Source of the DNA: Tubiluchus corallicola
Lineage: Eukaryota; Animalia; Priapulida
Reading direction: 5' to 3'
Assembly: GCA_030141605.1 (NCBI GenBank)
Contig: JAQGDQ010000139.1
Span: forward strand, 62,001 to 126,000
DNA length: 64,000 nt
Shown: positions 1 to 64,000 of the stretch, one piece after another
Numbering within the stretch: position 1 is the first letter of the stretch
Layout of the letters: each line of letters begins with the position of its first letter
Translations under genes and position numbers: made by a program
Notes under the pieces: model-generated
What the model was told of the DNA's origin: nothing
The model's input: the letters and a program-made list of their open reading frames with translations, nothing else
Databases searched by the model: none

Positions 1-559
1 CAGGTAAGTGAAATCCAAGAGAATACCTCAAAACACAAATAAACATACACACACATAGCAAGCAACACAAAACATACGACGACGAAAGAAAAGGCTGTGT
101 GACCTCGGCCATGTCCGTCATCTGAGTGTCATCTGCTCATTAACGTCCAGGTGTTCAAAACTAAACTACCACCATTTCTTACACAAGGACAATAACTTCT
201 CACCTATATTCCTGAATGCCTATATTGCGTATTCAAGCCACAGCCCATCTACCCATTCTAAATTTGGAAAATTAATATGAGAAGTGATGTGCACAATATT
301 CCAAAACATTATTAATATACAAAACACAGAGAGGGTCTGTGATTCTACATTTTTGCATCTTATCTGCAAGAGTATGTATTTAGCAATTTTCTTTTTAATA
401 TTTCTAAATTCTCACTAAATAAGTAAACTTTTAAAACTGCAGTTCATTTGGTAAGAAATAAATTAAAAAATAATAATTGTTGCAGATTCACTCAAACATT
501 AATTGATAATCTTATATTTAAAATCATATACAATTAATGATTTAAATGTTTGTTTGCAG

Positions 560-666
560 TGTAATAGATTAATGCGCTGGTGTCCGGCACCTGAGTGTAA
601 TAATGCCGTCAAGGCTAATTATCCAGATGCAAGACCAGTTAGCTGCACTTGTGGTTTGACATTTTG
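560..666 (+). CDS. ARIH1: ARIH1 exon (IBR)
   Basis: ag|[18 protein letters not shown]...CTCGLTF|gt. Confidence 0.93.
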
Positions 667-3600
667 GTATGTAGTGTTTGAAGCGGTGTTATTACAAAAC
701 TGCTGGTTTACCTTGCTTGGCGCTGTTATTACATTTGAATATTTTGCTATTTAGCATATAGACATCTGATAAAATGCACATGTTTTGATTTTCTTAAGTG
801 TTTTATAGAGAAAAAATATTCATTTTAGTAGAGCACCAATGTGTAAAGACATCTGTTTTCATTTCTAAGTTTATTTTCCGTGTCATGTCAATTGCTGCTA
901 TGTAAATGTCATTTTGTTACAGTTTTGCTTGTGGTAACTCATGGCATGACCCAGTCAAATGCAGGTTGCTAAAAAAATGGTGCAAAAAATGTGATGATGA
1001 TAGCGAAACATCAAACTGGATAGCAGCCAATACAAAGGTACAATTTTACTTATTTGCAGTTTGGGTTAATTAAAATTTTAACAGTTATTTGTATGCATGT
1101 GTATGTCTGTGGGTGTGAGTGTGCATGTATATGCGTGGGTAATAGTTTCATAAGCAGTGTATGTCAAATTGAACACAAGGTGTAATTCACTTTCTCACAT
1201 CTTACATGTACACTAAACCTCCTACTTAGAATCCAGGCACAATTAAAAAAGTTATTCATTTACAGAGTGCATAATTGGATTTGTACTTGTTTAATGCAGC
1301 TGGGTTAATTATTATTTAATTTTAGGAGTGCCCAAAGTGCAATGTGACAATAGAAAAAGATGGAGGCTGCAACCATATGGTTTGCAAGAACCAGAATTGT
1401 AAAGCTGATTTCTGCTGGGTGTGCCTAGGACCGTGGGAGCCCCATGGCTCCTCTTGGTGAGGTTTTCTCATATTAGAATGTAAAATTTAGATACTTCACA
1501 ACAAATGAGAATTGTAATATACTGAAATGACTGGATACAGCAACTGATGTCTGACTGAACACAGTATTTTGAACCAGGAAAATACAACAGGATAATTTTT
1601 GCATCTTAAATGATAACAGTTAAATTCTTGCCCCCATTTAATTTTTGAATGAGGGAATTTTAGAATAATATAGTAAAAGATTTTATCATATAATGAAGTC
1701 ATCTTAGTATGAGATGCACACATTTCCTTTTTTACTGATAATTGATTGCCTATTTATTGTATGCAGGTATAATTGCAATCGTTATGATGAAGATGATGCA
1801 AAATTAGCAAGAGATGCACAAGAGAAATCTAGGGCTGCGCTACAGAGGTACCTCTTCTATTGCAACCGCTACATGAACCATATGCAAAGTTTACGATTCG
1901 AACATAAGGTACGTGGTAAACGGCTTTTTTGTTAAAAAATTCTGAAACTTTTGACAACAGTGAGAGCGCATTTAAGTTTTTACATCCAAGGCCATTAGAG
2001 ACCTTGTGAGCTTATTGTATGCTGAAGATGTTTTACTATTATAATAATTGAATGACATTTTTTTTGTTATATTAAACAGTGTCTTTAATTTGCTGTGAAG
2101 CATTTTATTTCTTGACATGCATTTTATGCAAGCTTATCCTGTTGTTGCAGCTTTATGCATCAGTGAAAACAAAGATGGAAGAAATGCAACAGTTGAACAT
2201 GTCTTGGATTGAGGTGCAGTTTCTTAAGAAAGCTGTTGACATTTTGATTCAGTGTAGGCAAACACTAATGTACACATACGTCTTTGCTTACTACTTGCGC
2301 AAGAACAACCAGTCCGTTATTTTCGAGGTGAGATAAAAGCAATCCAGTTTTGCACCATTGTTTTTACTGGGTGTCTCAAAAAACAATTTTTGCACTTTTC
2401 AGTTTTAATAAAAAAATAAAAAATGTTGAAAAGAAAAATGGAACCAAAATAAACTCCAAAGAAAAAAGTTACCTCAAGGAAACCTCAACTATATACATAT
2501 ATATATATATATAGCTATATAATCTTTGGTTAATGAACTCAGGTAATTCTTTAAAAGCAGTAATACTATAGTAAATATTTGCACTCCTTGAAAGTAAAGC
2601 ACTCTTTCAGATTAGACTGACTTACGAAAACTCATTAAAAAAATACTAATCAGTGATTATTTTTAAACAAGCATAATATGAGCACCATCATTATTGTTTA
2701 ACATTACGTGTTTAGTTATAAAATGTTATAAATTTAGTATTACATGATATGATATTGAACATGTTTAGTGTTTTGTGTGTAATTTATTTAATTTTTTCTA
2801 AAATTACAAGATAAAAAATAATGCGAAAATTTTATGCTGCAATTCCTTCGGTGTTTGAAATTTCTGTTGGTAATGAAATTCACAAAAAAACAATTATGCT
2901 GTTGTTATAATGCATTTGTTCTCTTACTAGTGTTTGGATTTTGCTATATTGATGCTTAACAGATTATTGCATTATTTATTTTCTAGGTTATAGCACAACT
3001 GTTTAATGAAAAGGAATTAAGCTTGAGTCATAGAATTAGCAGTCCTTTTGGTAGACTATTATTATGAGGATTTGTTATGTAGAATATGATGATAGTACCT
3101 ATCTTGCAATATAAAATAGTATAGTCATACAAGGTATGATGTGTGATGACGACTGTAGTGCACACCACTTCAGTTAGTGTACTCAGTTTTTTTTGTTTTT
3201 GCAGGATAACCAAAAAGATTTGGAAAGTGCCACAGAGTGTCTGTCAGAGTATTTAGAAAGAGACATTACGCAAGAGAATCTTGCAGACATAAAACAAAAA
3301 GTGCAAGACAAATACAGGTATGCTAATAACTTAAAAGTAAACATAGGTTTTTGAATAACAGAATACTTATTACAGAAAATGTTAACAGTTTTGCTAATAC
3401 CCACAGCCGGCTGAGAACATCCTGATCCACAGTCACACAGACAATACAACAATTATTATCTAATTCTTTGGACAACCCAATCGAATTTTTGACTATTCGA
3501 TTATTACATAAAATCTGTTCTACTGATATGGGGTTGTACTTGAAGTGTACAAATTGCAAGCTGGGCCTATATTACTGGAAATTGCACATATTTAGCAAAA

Positions 3601-5942
3601 TTTCTTAATATATCATTATTGCTATTTAGACAAAAACAATTAAAAGTTCACAAATTGGCCGTGAAGCTGAATACTTGGTTGTCATAATTGTATAGTGGCA
3701 GGTTGTAGGCAAACATAAGTCAAATATAGCAAATTGAGATACTATCTTGCATAGACAATATTTCAAGCAGTGTCTAGTATAGCAACAGAACAGCAACGTG
3801 TGAAAAAGCTTGATTTTTGGAAATACATATTTTTAAACTGCAGTGAAACTTTTAAACTGAGTTTTGACTTGGTTTACCAGTTACCAGCTAACCTAGTACA
3901 ATATAATCTTGATGATTTCACTTAGGTCCTTCTGCCCTATTTTTACGTATTATTTATAAGTAGTGCAAGAGCTCTTGAACTGTTGAGCAATCTACTCCAA
4001 AAAGTCTCTTAAGATGTACTAGGTTATTATTTTTAATTGTGATTTTCTATACATACATACATAAGCAATGATTAGCTGACAACAACATGGTGCCTACACA
4101 ATTGTTTTCCTTGCATTTGCATGAATGTACCAGTCTCTTTTTTATGCCATGTGCTTCTGTGTGAAACTTGTAGTAAGTAATACTGTTTACAACGTAATCG
4201 TGTTGTACACTAAATTTTATATAAAGATGTAAATTTATATAATTATAGATATATAAGATTCAAGGCTATAACTCCAACGACGGCACTATTTTCAACTATC
4301 CGCATATCGAACAAAATGTCTTGAGCTAGTGTTGTCTCATTGGTGGTTTATTTTCCGAGTCAGGTCTAATTTAAGTAATGGGGCGGAAAACTTCCAAAAA
4401 TAGCCCTTTCTGTATGGTATGGTGAGGTGGATGTCCTTTGGTTTGTGTTTGTCTAGCCTGATAATTAATTTCGGTGGGATAGTATTTATATATATAGGGA
4501 AACGTAATTATATGAACAAAGTCTTCCATACAAAACAGTGCAACAGCATTTAGTTGCATTACTTACAGAAAGATCAATAATGCCTGGCTATGTAAAGCTC
4601 TCAGTTACATGCCAAACAAAAATTAATAACAAAAACTTGGCTCACAAATCAAACACTTTATAACCTTTATTCCTAATAGTTTTTAGCTAAAAGCTCAAGA
4701 AAATTAAAGTTTGCAGTGAAAATTGAAATTTGAAATTTAAGCTTTCTTTCTTGCATGCACGTATCTTCCTCTGATTGATCCCCTTGTGTGATTTCTTCTT
4801 CTTTTTTTCTTCTTTGCGCGTTTTTACAAAAAAATCTAGCATTGTTTGCGTAGAATTTTCTTTTTTCTGCTAAAACTTCTTTTCAGCACTGTAAAGCATT
4901 AGTAACATCTTGCCTCACTTCTGATTTTTGATTTCTATCTGGATTATTTTCACAAAAAAAGTTCAAGTCTAACGCCAGTACTATATTTTTAAGAGCTTTA
5001 TACACATGTTTAACACTAGCCATTACTGATTAACCCTCCTAAGAATGTTAGAATGTTTCTGGTGTTGTTTTTCCGGCAACATAAATGCAAATTAGGTGAA
5101 TTCAGCAATAATTATCGGAGGAATTTCGGAGGAGATTTTTATGGGAGGAATTTCATCTTGTCGCTTCATATATATATATATATATATGTATATAAGATTC
5201 GAGGCTTCAGCTCCGAGGAGACGCCATTTTTGCATATCAATCGAAAGGACTCGATCTAATGTTGTTTCATTAATTGAGTTTCCATTTTAGGCGATTCGTG
5301 CTTAGAAAACTGCTGACTCAAAACCATTGTTCTGATGTCATCCTGTACCTTTACTTATTTTATTAAGCTGTTGCTTGGCTATTATTATGTAAGCATTATA
5401 ATGTTAGCCTATAACGATCAAAAGGAACATTTTGCAAACACTGTGTTGAATATTTACAAGTTAACGTTCATCAGAGATGGGTCTAAATGCATTTGTTATT
5501 TCACACAGTTCCGACCGTGAGCAAAATGTTTAGCACAGTTTCAGTAGGCTGCTACTGGATTTATTGAGCTCCTGCTGCTGTTATTGTCTTCATTATCATT
5601 GCCATCGTCGTTACTATCGGTTCGGTATGGCATGGTTTGGTGTTGGTGGTGTGATGTACTGTTTATGGTGTGCTGTAGTGCGGTTCATGTGGTGTGGTAT
5701 GGTGGCATATAATGCTAGATCATATGTATATCATGCCACCCAGATCAGTATTACAAAACATGTACGCAGCTTCCTAATTATTAACTGATTATTATCGTTA
5801 TTTGCTTTCATTATAAATTTTACATTTTACTGTATTTCACAGTAATGTATTTTCCTGCAGGTATTGTGATCTCAGGAGAAAGAAGTTATTGGAACATGTG
5901 CATGAAGGTTATGAGAAAGAATTATGGGAATACAATGAGTAA
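560..5942 (+). CDS. ARIH1: E3 ubiquitin ligase ariadne-1 (RBR family), 3' part of spliced gene; 5' exons lie upstream of the window
   Basis: Exons 560-666, 923-1037, 1326-1456, 1767-1908, 2151-2327, 3205-3317 and 5861-5942, all GT-AG with consistent phases. They encode IBR ([13 protein letters not shown]), [24 protein letters not shown]2 ([11 protein letters not shown]) and the Ariadne domain, ending [13 protein letters not shown] donor CAG|GTAAGT at 1-9 marks the previous exon. Confidence 0.96.
923..1037 (+). CDS. ARIH1: ARIH1 exon
   Basis: [13 protein letters not shown]...[15 protein letters not shown]|gt. Confidence 0.93.
1326..1456 (+). CDS. ARIH1: ARIH1 exon (RING2, catalytic Cys)
   Basis: [43 protein letters not shown]. 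Confidence 0.94.
1767..1908 (+). CDS. ARIH1: ARIH1 exon
   Basis: [12 protein letters not shown]...[21 protein letters not shown]|gt. Confidence 0.94.
2151..2327 (+). CDS. ARIH1: ARIH1 exon (Ariadne domain)
   Basis: [30 protein letters not shown]...NNQSVIFE|gt. Confidence 0.94.
3205..3317 (+). CDS. ARIH1: ARIH1 exon
   Basis: [21 protein letters not shown]...KQKVQDKY. Confidence 0.93.
4245..4410 (+). mobile_element. Older fragment of the same Helitron-like family
   Basis: tataagattcaaggcta..., ctagtgttgtctcattggtggtttattttccga, ggggcggaaaacttccaaaaatagcc. Confidence 0.6.
5165..5715 (+). mobile_element. Degenerate copy of the same Helitron-like family in the last ARIH1 intron
   Basis: (TA)nAGATTCGAGGCT..., CTTAGAAAACTGCTGAC and a GTG-rich tail match the - strand of 41994-43962. 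Confidence 0.7.
5861..5942 (+). CDS. ARIH1: ARIH1 last coding exon
   Basis: [26 protein letters not shown]. Confidence 0.93.
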
Positions 5943-7010
5943 AACTAGCCACACCTCCCCCTTACAGATCGACTGACTTATCCTTCTAGAGCAAGTGATG
6001 ATTGTTTGCAGATTTCCAAACTCATCAATTCGCTTTTAAACATGATAATAATTTTTGATTGAAGTTTTTTGCTCGTCACTCGTTTTTAATTTCGTCTGCC
6101 AAGTTTGATAAGCTGCTCCTCATTTGCTCTTCCTGGTGGGGTGTCTGTGTGCTTGTTATTGATTTTTTACTGTGACAGTGCTCATTAATTTTCTGTCAAA
6201 GTTTTAATTATAATAATCAACAGTATAATAATTTAGTAAATTGTTTAATTTTAAATAATCTATTGTTGATAGTTTGTAAAAATTCATAAGTGTCGTAGTC
6301 AGTAAGTAATAAAACAGATTGCCGCATCTGATGTTTTTTTCTTTATGCAGCATTGCTACCTTGATAGTTTTTAATTTGAGTTACCGTTAAGATGTATAAA
6401 ATGTCAAGCCATTTTTGTAACATAGTAAATCTACGTTACAGTATAAATTATCAACAGTAGCTTAGTGTAACTTTGTCGCATTTTTTGTATCGTGATGGCT
6501 CTTGTACAATATACTCCAAGGGTTTTAAGTAGTACTTAGAAATTCTGCAACTATTATCTTACTTTATTAAATTGTTTTGGTAAAATACGCTTTCACACAG
6601 TAAGCTCTGAATTGCATTTGGTTAAAAATTTGTGACGATCAAGTACAGAACATGTGTCAAAGTTTCACAGTTTTTCAGTTTCTTATCAAGCCATTTTATT
6701 TCAAAATTGTTTTCCCAAATGTAAGATATTGGAAACATGACTCATGGTTTCAAAACTACTCATTTGGTATGTGTTTGTTTGCCCATGTCTGTAAATCACT
6801 CTATTGTAAGCTGTAAAATAGTCAAAAGCTTATAGTATAAGTAATCATTACGAATTGTTGTCACAATATTAAAAAAATATAATGTTTGATAGTGTAGTTT
6901 ACCATCTAGACAAAGTTTTTACATGTTCAAAATATGTGCAGATATACAACAGAATCGTGTATGCACCAGACTTGCACATATTACTGTTACAGTTTTAATT
7001 AAACAAAATT

Positions 7011-7016
7011 AATAAA
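7011..7016 (+). terminator. Candidate ARIH1 polyadenylation signal AATAAA
   Basis: AATAAA at the end of a T-rich ~1.07-kb stretch after the stop, near where strand composition flips. Confidence 0.4.
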
Positions 7017-9954
7017 CATACTGTGACCTGTTAATGCTGTCGTCTATTTTGCCATTTTATAGGCTGCATTAAAGTATTACAACAGGGGGAGACGTAAAAG
7101 GCAGCTTGGGGGAGATTCTAGACCACAAAAAAACTTGGAACAGCAATGAAATGACAAACTGTTTAATGAATTAGCCTTTCACTTATTTAGTATTTACAAA
7201 TTAACTCGAATATACATTGTTCATTGTCAACAACTTTGATGACCTATTATTATTATTATTATTGCCAAGTCCAGTGTATTTTAGTACCTACCACTAATGT
7301 ATACATAATGCATGCATGTAATACAAAAATTATAATAGATTTCAAATATGCAGATAATTAACAACTACTAAACACTTATTTACTCAGAAAATACGATAAC
7401 AATACCAACTGAAAAAGTACAAAAAAGAGTTTCTCAAAAAAATCTAACGTAATCAAATCTAATGAATATGGGTTGGCATTTGCCTAAAACGGGACAAAAC
7501 TGAATGCAAGCTAGAGTCAAACTCTACAAATCATGTTGATTAGTTTATTTTCTGTCCATGTACAGCAAAGTTTATTTAAGTGTGGTTCATGTCGATTAAT
7601 AAAGAAACAAAACTGCAACCATCATATTCACAATATTTAATGATACATAGCAAAAACCATGTTAACGCTACACACCAGAAACAAATGTGTATTATACAGA
7701 AATAAACTTTCGTGACTTATGGGGAAAAGCACACATCAAAAATCTGTACAATAATTTGATTCTTCTCTCGATAAAAGTAGCAAGGTAGTTTTAGTCACAA
7801 AACCAATTGCAAATTTACTTGCATTGATTATATGCCAGTACTACAGTTAATCAGTTTTTAATGTAAGTAATTGATATTAATTACAACACAACAATACGAC
7901 TAATCATAAAGACATATAGTAACATCAACCTAGCTAACAAAATTAAATAACTTAATGCAACAAAATCAATAACGCATTTCCTTGCGCTAAAATAATGTTA
8001 AAGGTCGCATGAATTAAAATGATGTGGTTTTATGAACAGAACCTGGGGAAGAAAATAACAAAATAAATTTACAAATCAAAAACCACATGAAATTATGAAA
8101 TGAAACCAAAACTAACAAAACAAAAGCTAAACTAACATCCCGTTTTTTTACTTCTAATGTAAGAGATTAACATAAATATAATGACAAGGGAATTCTCTCA
8201 CTTATGTCTTTTCCCCTAAACTTGTTTCATGTACATTTTTAATATAGTGGCAGCTAAAGTAAATATCTACAATTATTTATACTAATAATTCAAAATAGCT
8301 GTATAGTCACAATGTGTATTTAGCTAGCGATCAAAGTTAAGCAGTGCTGGGTCTGTTTAGTCAATGAACAAGAGAATGCTAGAAAAGCTGCTTCCATTCT
8401 TCCTCCTAATATTCCTATTAAACGAAAGTGTATGCATATCCTGACATACATGCTAATTAAATAAATTACGTTAGTCAATTATTCTTGATAACCTAAGAGT
8501 GAGCTAGGTTACAATACTGCCTCAACTTCTCAGAAGCAGTAGTACAATGCATGTTGTTAAAACAAGTAATTTAGCTAAAAAATGGGCATATAAAGTATCA
8601 AAGCATATAAATCAAATAGCAGTAGTGATAATCTTGGCTTCATTTTTTTGCTAAACTTTCTTCTATACTACACCATTTTGCAGATATTTTTGTGCAATTT
8701 TATCACTAAACCTGGCACTCAACAACTTCACAGACTGTTAAGGCAAGTACTGATGCTTCCAAACCCAAAACACTTAAAAATCACAAAAACGTTCCTGTCT
8801 ACACTTCATTTATTTTTATTTTGAACTCATGAACAGCAAGATGCAAAAAAGTGCCAAATCAATCAAGCTGTGTGTTCTACTTTTTATTTGGAATTAGCTA
8901 AGAGCCCAATGAGCACACCAATTTTAATAAAATGGGAAAGCAAGCTTAGTTATGTACAGCATTATTTACAACATGACTGCCATGCATATAATAGAGTTTC
9001 ACACTCATAAGAAACAAGCGACAAATTAGTAAATGCTTTATCACAGACAAAACAAAAAATAAATCCTTAGTACTCACAGCACAGTGATTACTTAGCAAAG
9101 TAAGTTTGACATACTGTTCACAAGAAGTAAAAGAAACAATATTCCTATCATCAGATTCATGTGATACTAACTGTAAGTCAAGAAACAGTTTATAAACTAA
9201 ACTAAACTTCATGTGATATCCATGAATACTACTTTTCTGGTATCACTTATTTAGCTGCAGCTTATTCAGTTTGTATTTCACTACATGCTAACACGTATGT
9301 ATATTAAGATATTAAATAAACTTTCACATTGGATTTTACCGCAGTTCGTAGTTTGCAAGGAAAGCACCATTGTATCTTTGTTAGCATTTTTGATAATAAT
9401 AAACTACGTGACATAAACCACTTTTTTATAACCTACTGCAATTACACATAACAAAAACTGCAAACAATGAAATATACTTATAGTTACTGCAATTCGCTAA
9501 CTTATATAACTACCAACAACAACTAAATATATTCTTAAATAAGATAAATCTCATCTAATTAGTTATGTACACTAAAAAAATACAAACCTCACCTGAAATT
9601 AAGAAACAACTGCTATCTGTAATAACAATTATTACCACAGTAGAGATTTTAGCCAACATTTCATGCTGCTACTTATAGCAAAATGTATCGTTTCATTACG
9701 TATTACCTTGTATGTTTCATTACAACCAAAATTATGGCCCTGTAAGGTCATTTGTGTTCAGTAATGAGAGAAGTAACATGAATCTATATCAGTTACTCAC
9801 CTTCTAATATTCTGACACTAGATCTGTCAAGACTGACAAAACTAATCTGCCAGTCAATAAAAAAATAAGCAGTCAAATGATAAATTCACTGATACCAATG
9901 GAAGAACTGTGCCTAACAATTACAACTTGCTCACTTATTGATATAGAACTCAAA

Positions 9955-62897
<52,943 letters not shown>

Positions 62898-63240
62898 CTA
62901 CAAAGTAAAAAATACACAAGTTAGATTACAGTATGCAACATTTGTGTGTTTGTTTGTATTGTAAATGGTATTGAACAATATAATTCTATAAGCCTTTTAG
63001 AAGTTTGGGGTGTGCATGATTAGCAAAAACTCAAAGAAAAGCAACTTGCTAATTGGCGATTGTATTAGAGTATACAATTAGGGGTGTAACAAGGGAAATC
63101 AAACACAGTGCAGGTGCAGGTTAAACATGGTTAGGTTTACAGAAAGGTGAAGTGGGGGGGGGGGGCATGTTAACGGTACTCACAGCTGAGGATGCTAGGG
63201 CTCTGAAGGCGTATCCCTCCAAAACAAAGGATCCCATAAC

Positions 63241-63400
63241 TAAGGTTTTATAGGCCTTAGCTATCATACCACCACAGTGTAAGTGAAAGCACTGGTTACA
63301 GTTGTCGCATGAAATCTTTACCGGTCTGTTACCATGCAGAGATAAGTGCTGGACCCGGGCTAGCCTGTAAGTAAGACTGTCAGTAACGTGCTTAGCAGTT
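63241..63400 (-). pseudogene. Decayed LINE fragment with PHD-finger-like remnant
   Basis: On -: LLTVLLTG / SPGP, then ISCDNCNQCFHLHCGGM, across frameshifts. Confidence 0.4.
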
Positions 63401-64000
63401 TACCATATTTTAATTTGATTTGCTGTTTGCTTCTAATTTAAAGCTGTAATTACTCAGATATAGAAAGGTGGTTTGTTTAAAAGCACCTACACTTTTTACT
63501 GTCAGCAGTAACTCCTATTCCATAGATGTGGAAACATTGAGCGAATTCCACAGTACTGACAAAAGGATAAGTATTATGCGCTTGAGAATTTACGTGTCTT
63601 TTACTCACTAGCTGCTGTCCTAAATGCATTAAGCTAAATATAAAAACCATTAAACTTGCAGAACTAAAATGCAAGTACGACACAAACCGATGTTTACTAT
63701 ATACAAGGTGGCATAGTGACTGCAGGTTCTTTGTTCAAGTATGGATCACAAAAACAAAATCATCTTCTACAAAACTAAAATGCTGCAAAAGTGTGAAAAT
63801 ATTTGCTACATACAGGCACTGGATACAAGTATCGAATGTGGGCACTAAAAAAATTTTTTAAGTAGGTTACTTAGGAAAACTTTTATGAGAGCAAGTTTGG
63901 AGACATGTTGTTTGTCTACCTGGGCATGTGCAGTTGCACACCCTTTATGTATTGATATGTGAAAATATTGTTGTTTGCAAATATTATACTGAGTAAATTG

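Overview
AT-rich animal (invertebrate-type) genomic DNA, not prokaryotic. It holds two convergent intron-rich genes. On the + strand is the 3' half of an ariadne-1 (ARIH1) RBR E3 ligase: 7 coding exons, 560-5942. On the - strand is most of a DENND4/Crag Rab GEF gene: 30 phase-consistent coding exons, 62897 down to the stop at 9955, with the 5' end outside the window. The DENND4 introns carry many mobile elements: (i) a deleted Ty3/gypsy LTR element with a CAATC TSD and the inverted INT-RT-RNaseH (Gmr1-type) order; (ii) a 1.68-kb P-element-like transposon with 63-bp perfect TIRs, an 8-bp TSD and an intact THAP-only ORF; (iii) a head-to-tail non-autonomous Helitron array with two alternative 3' termini; (iv) a decayed LINE endonuclease preceded by a 2A-like motif; (v) a Penelope-type minimal hammerhead ribozyme-like motif with a G3-C8 core swap; (vi) SINEs, MITEs and minisatellites. 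Two unannotated alternative DENND4 exons are proposed. All calls are from reading by eye; no searches were run.
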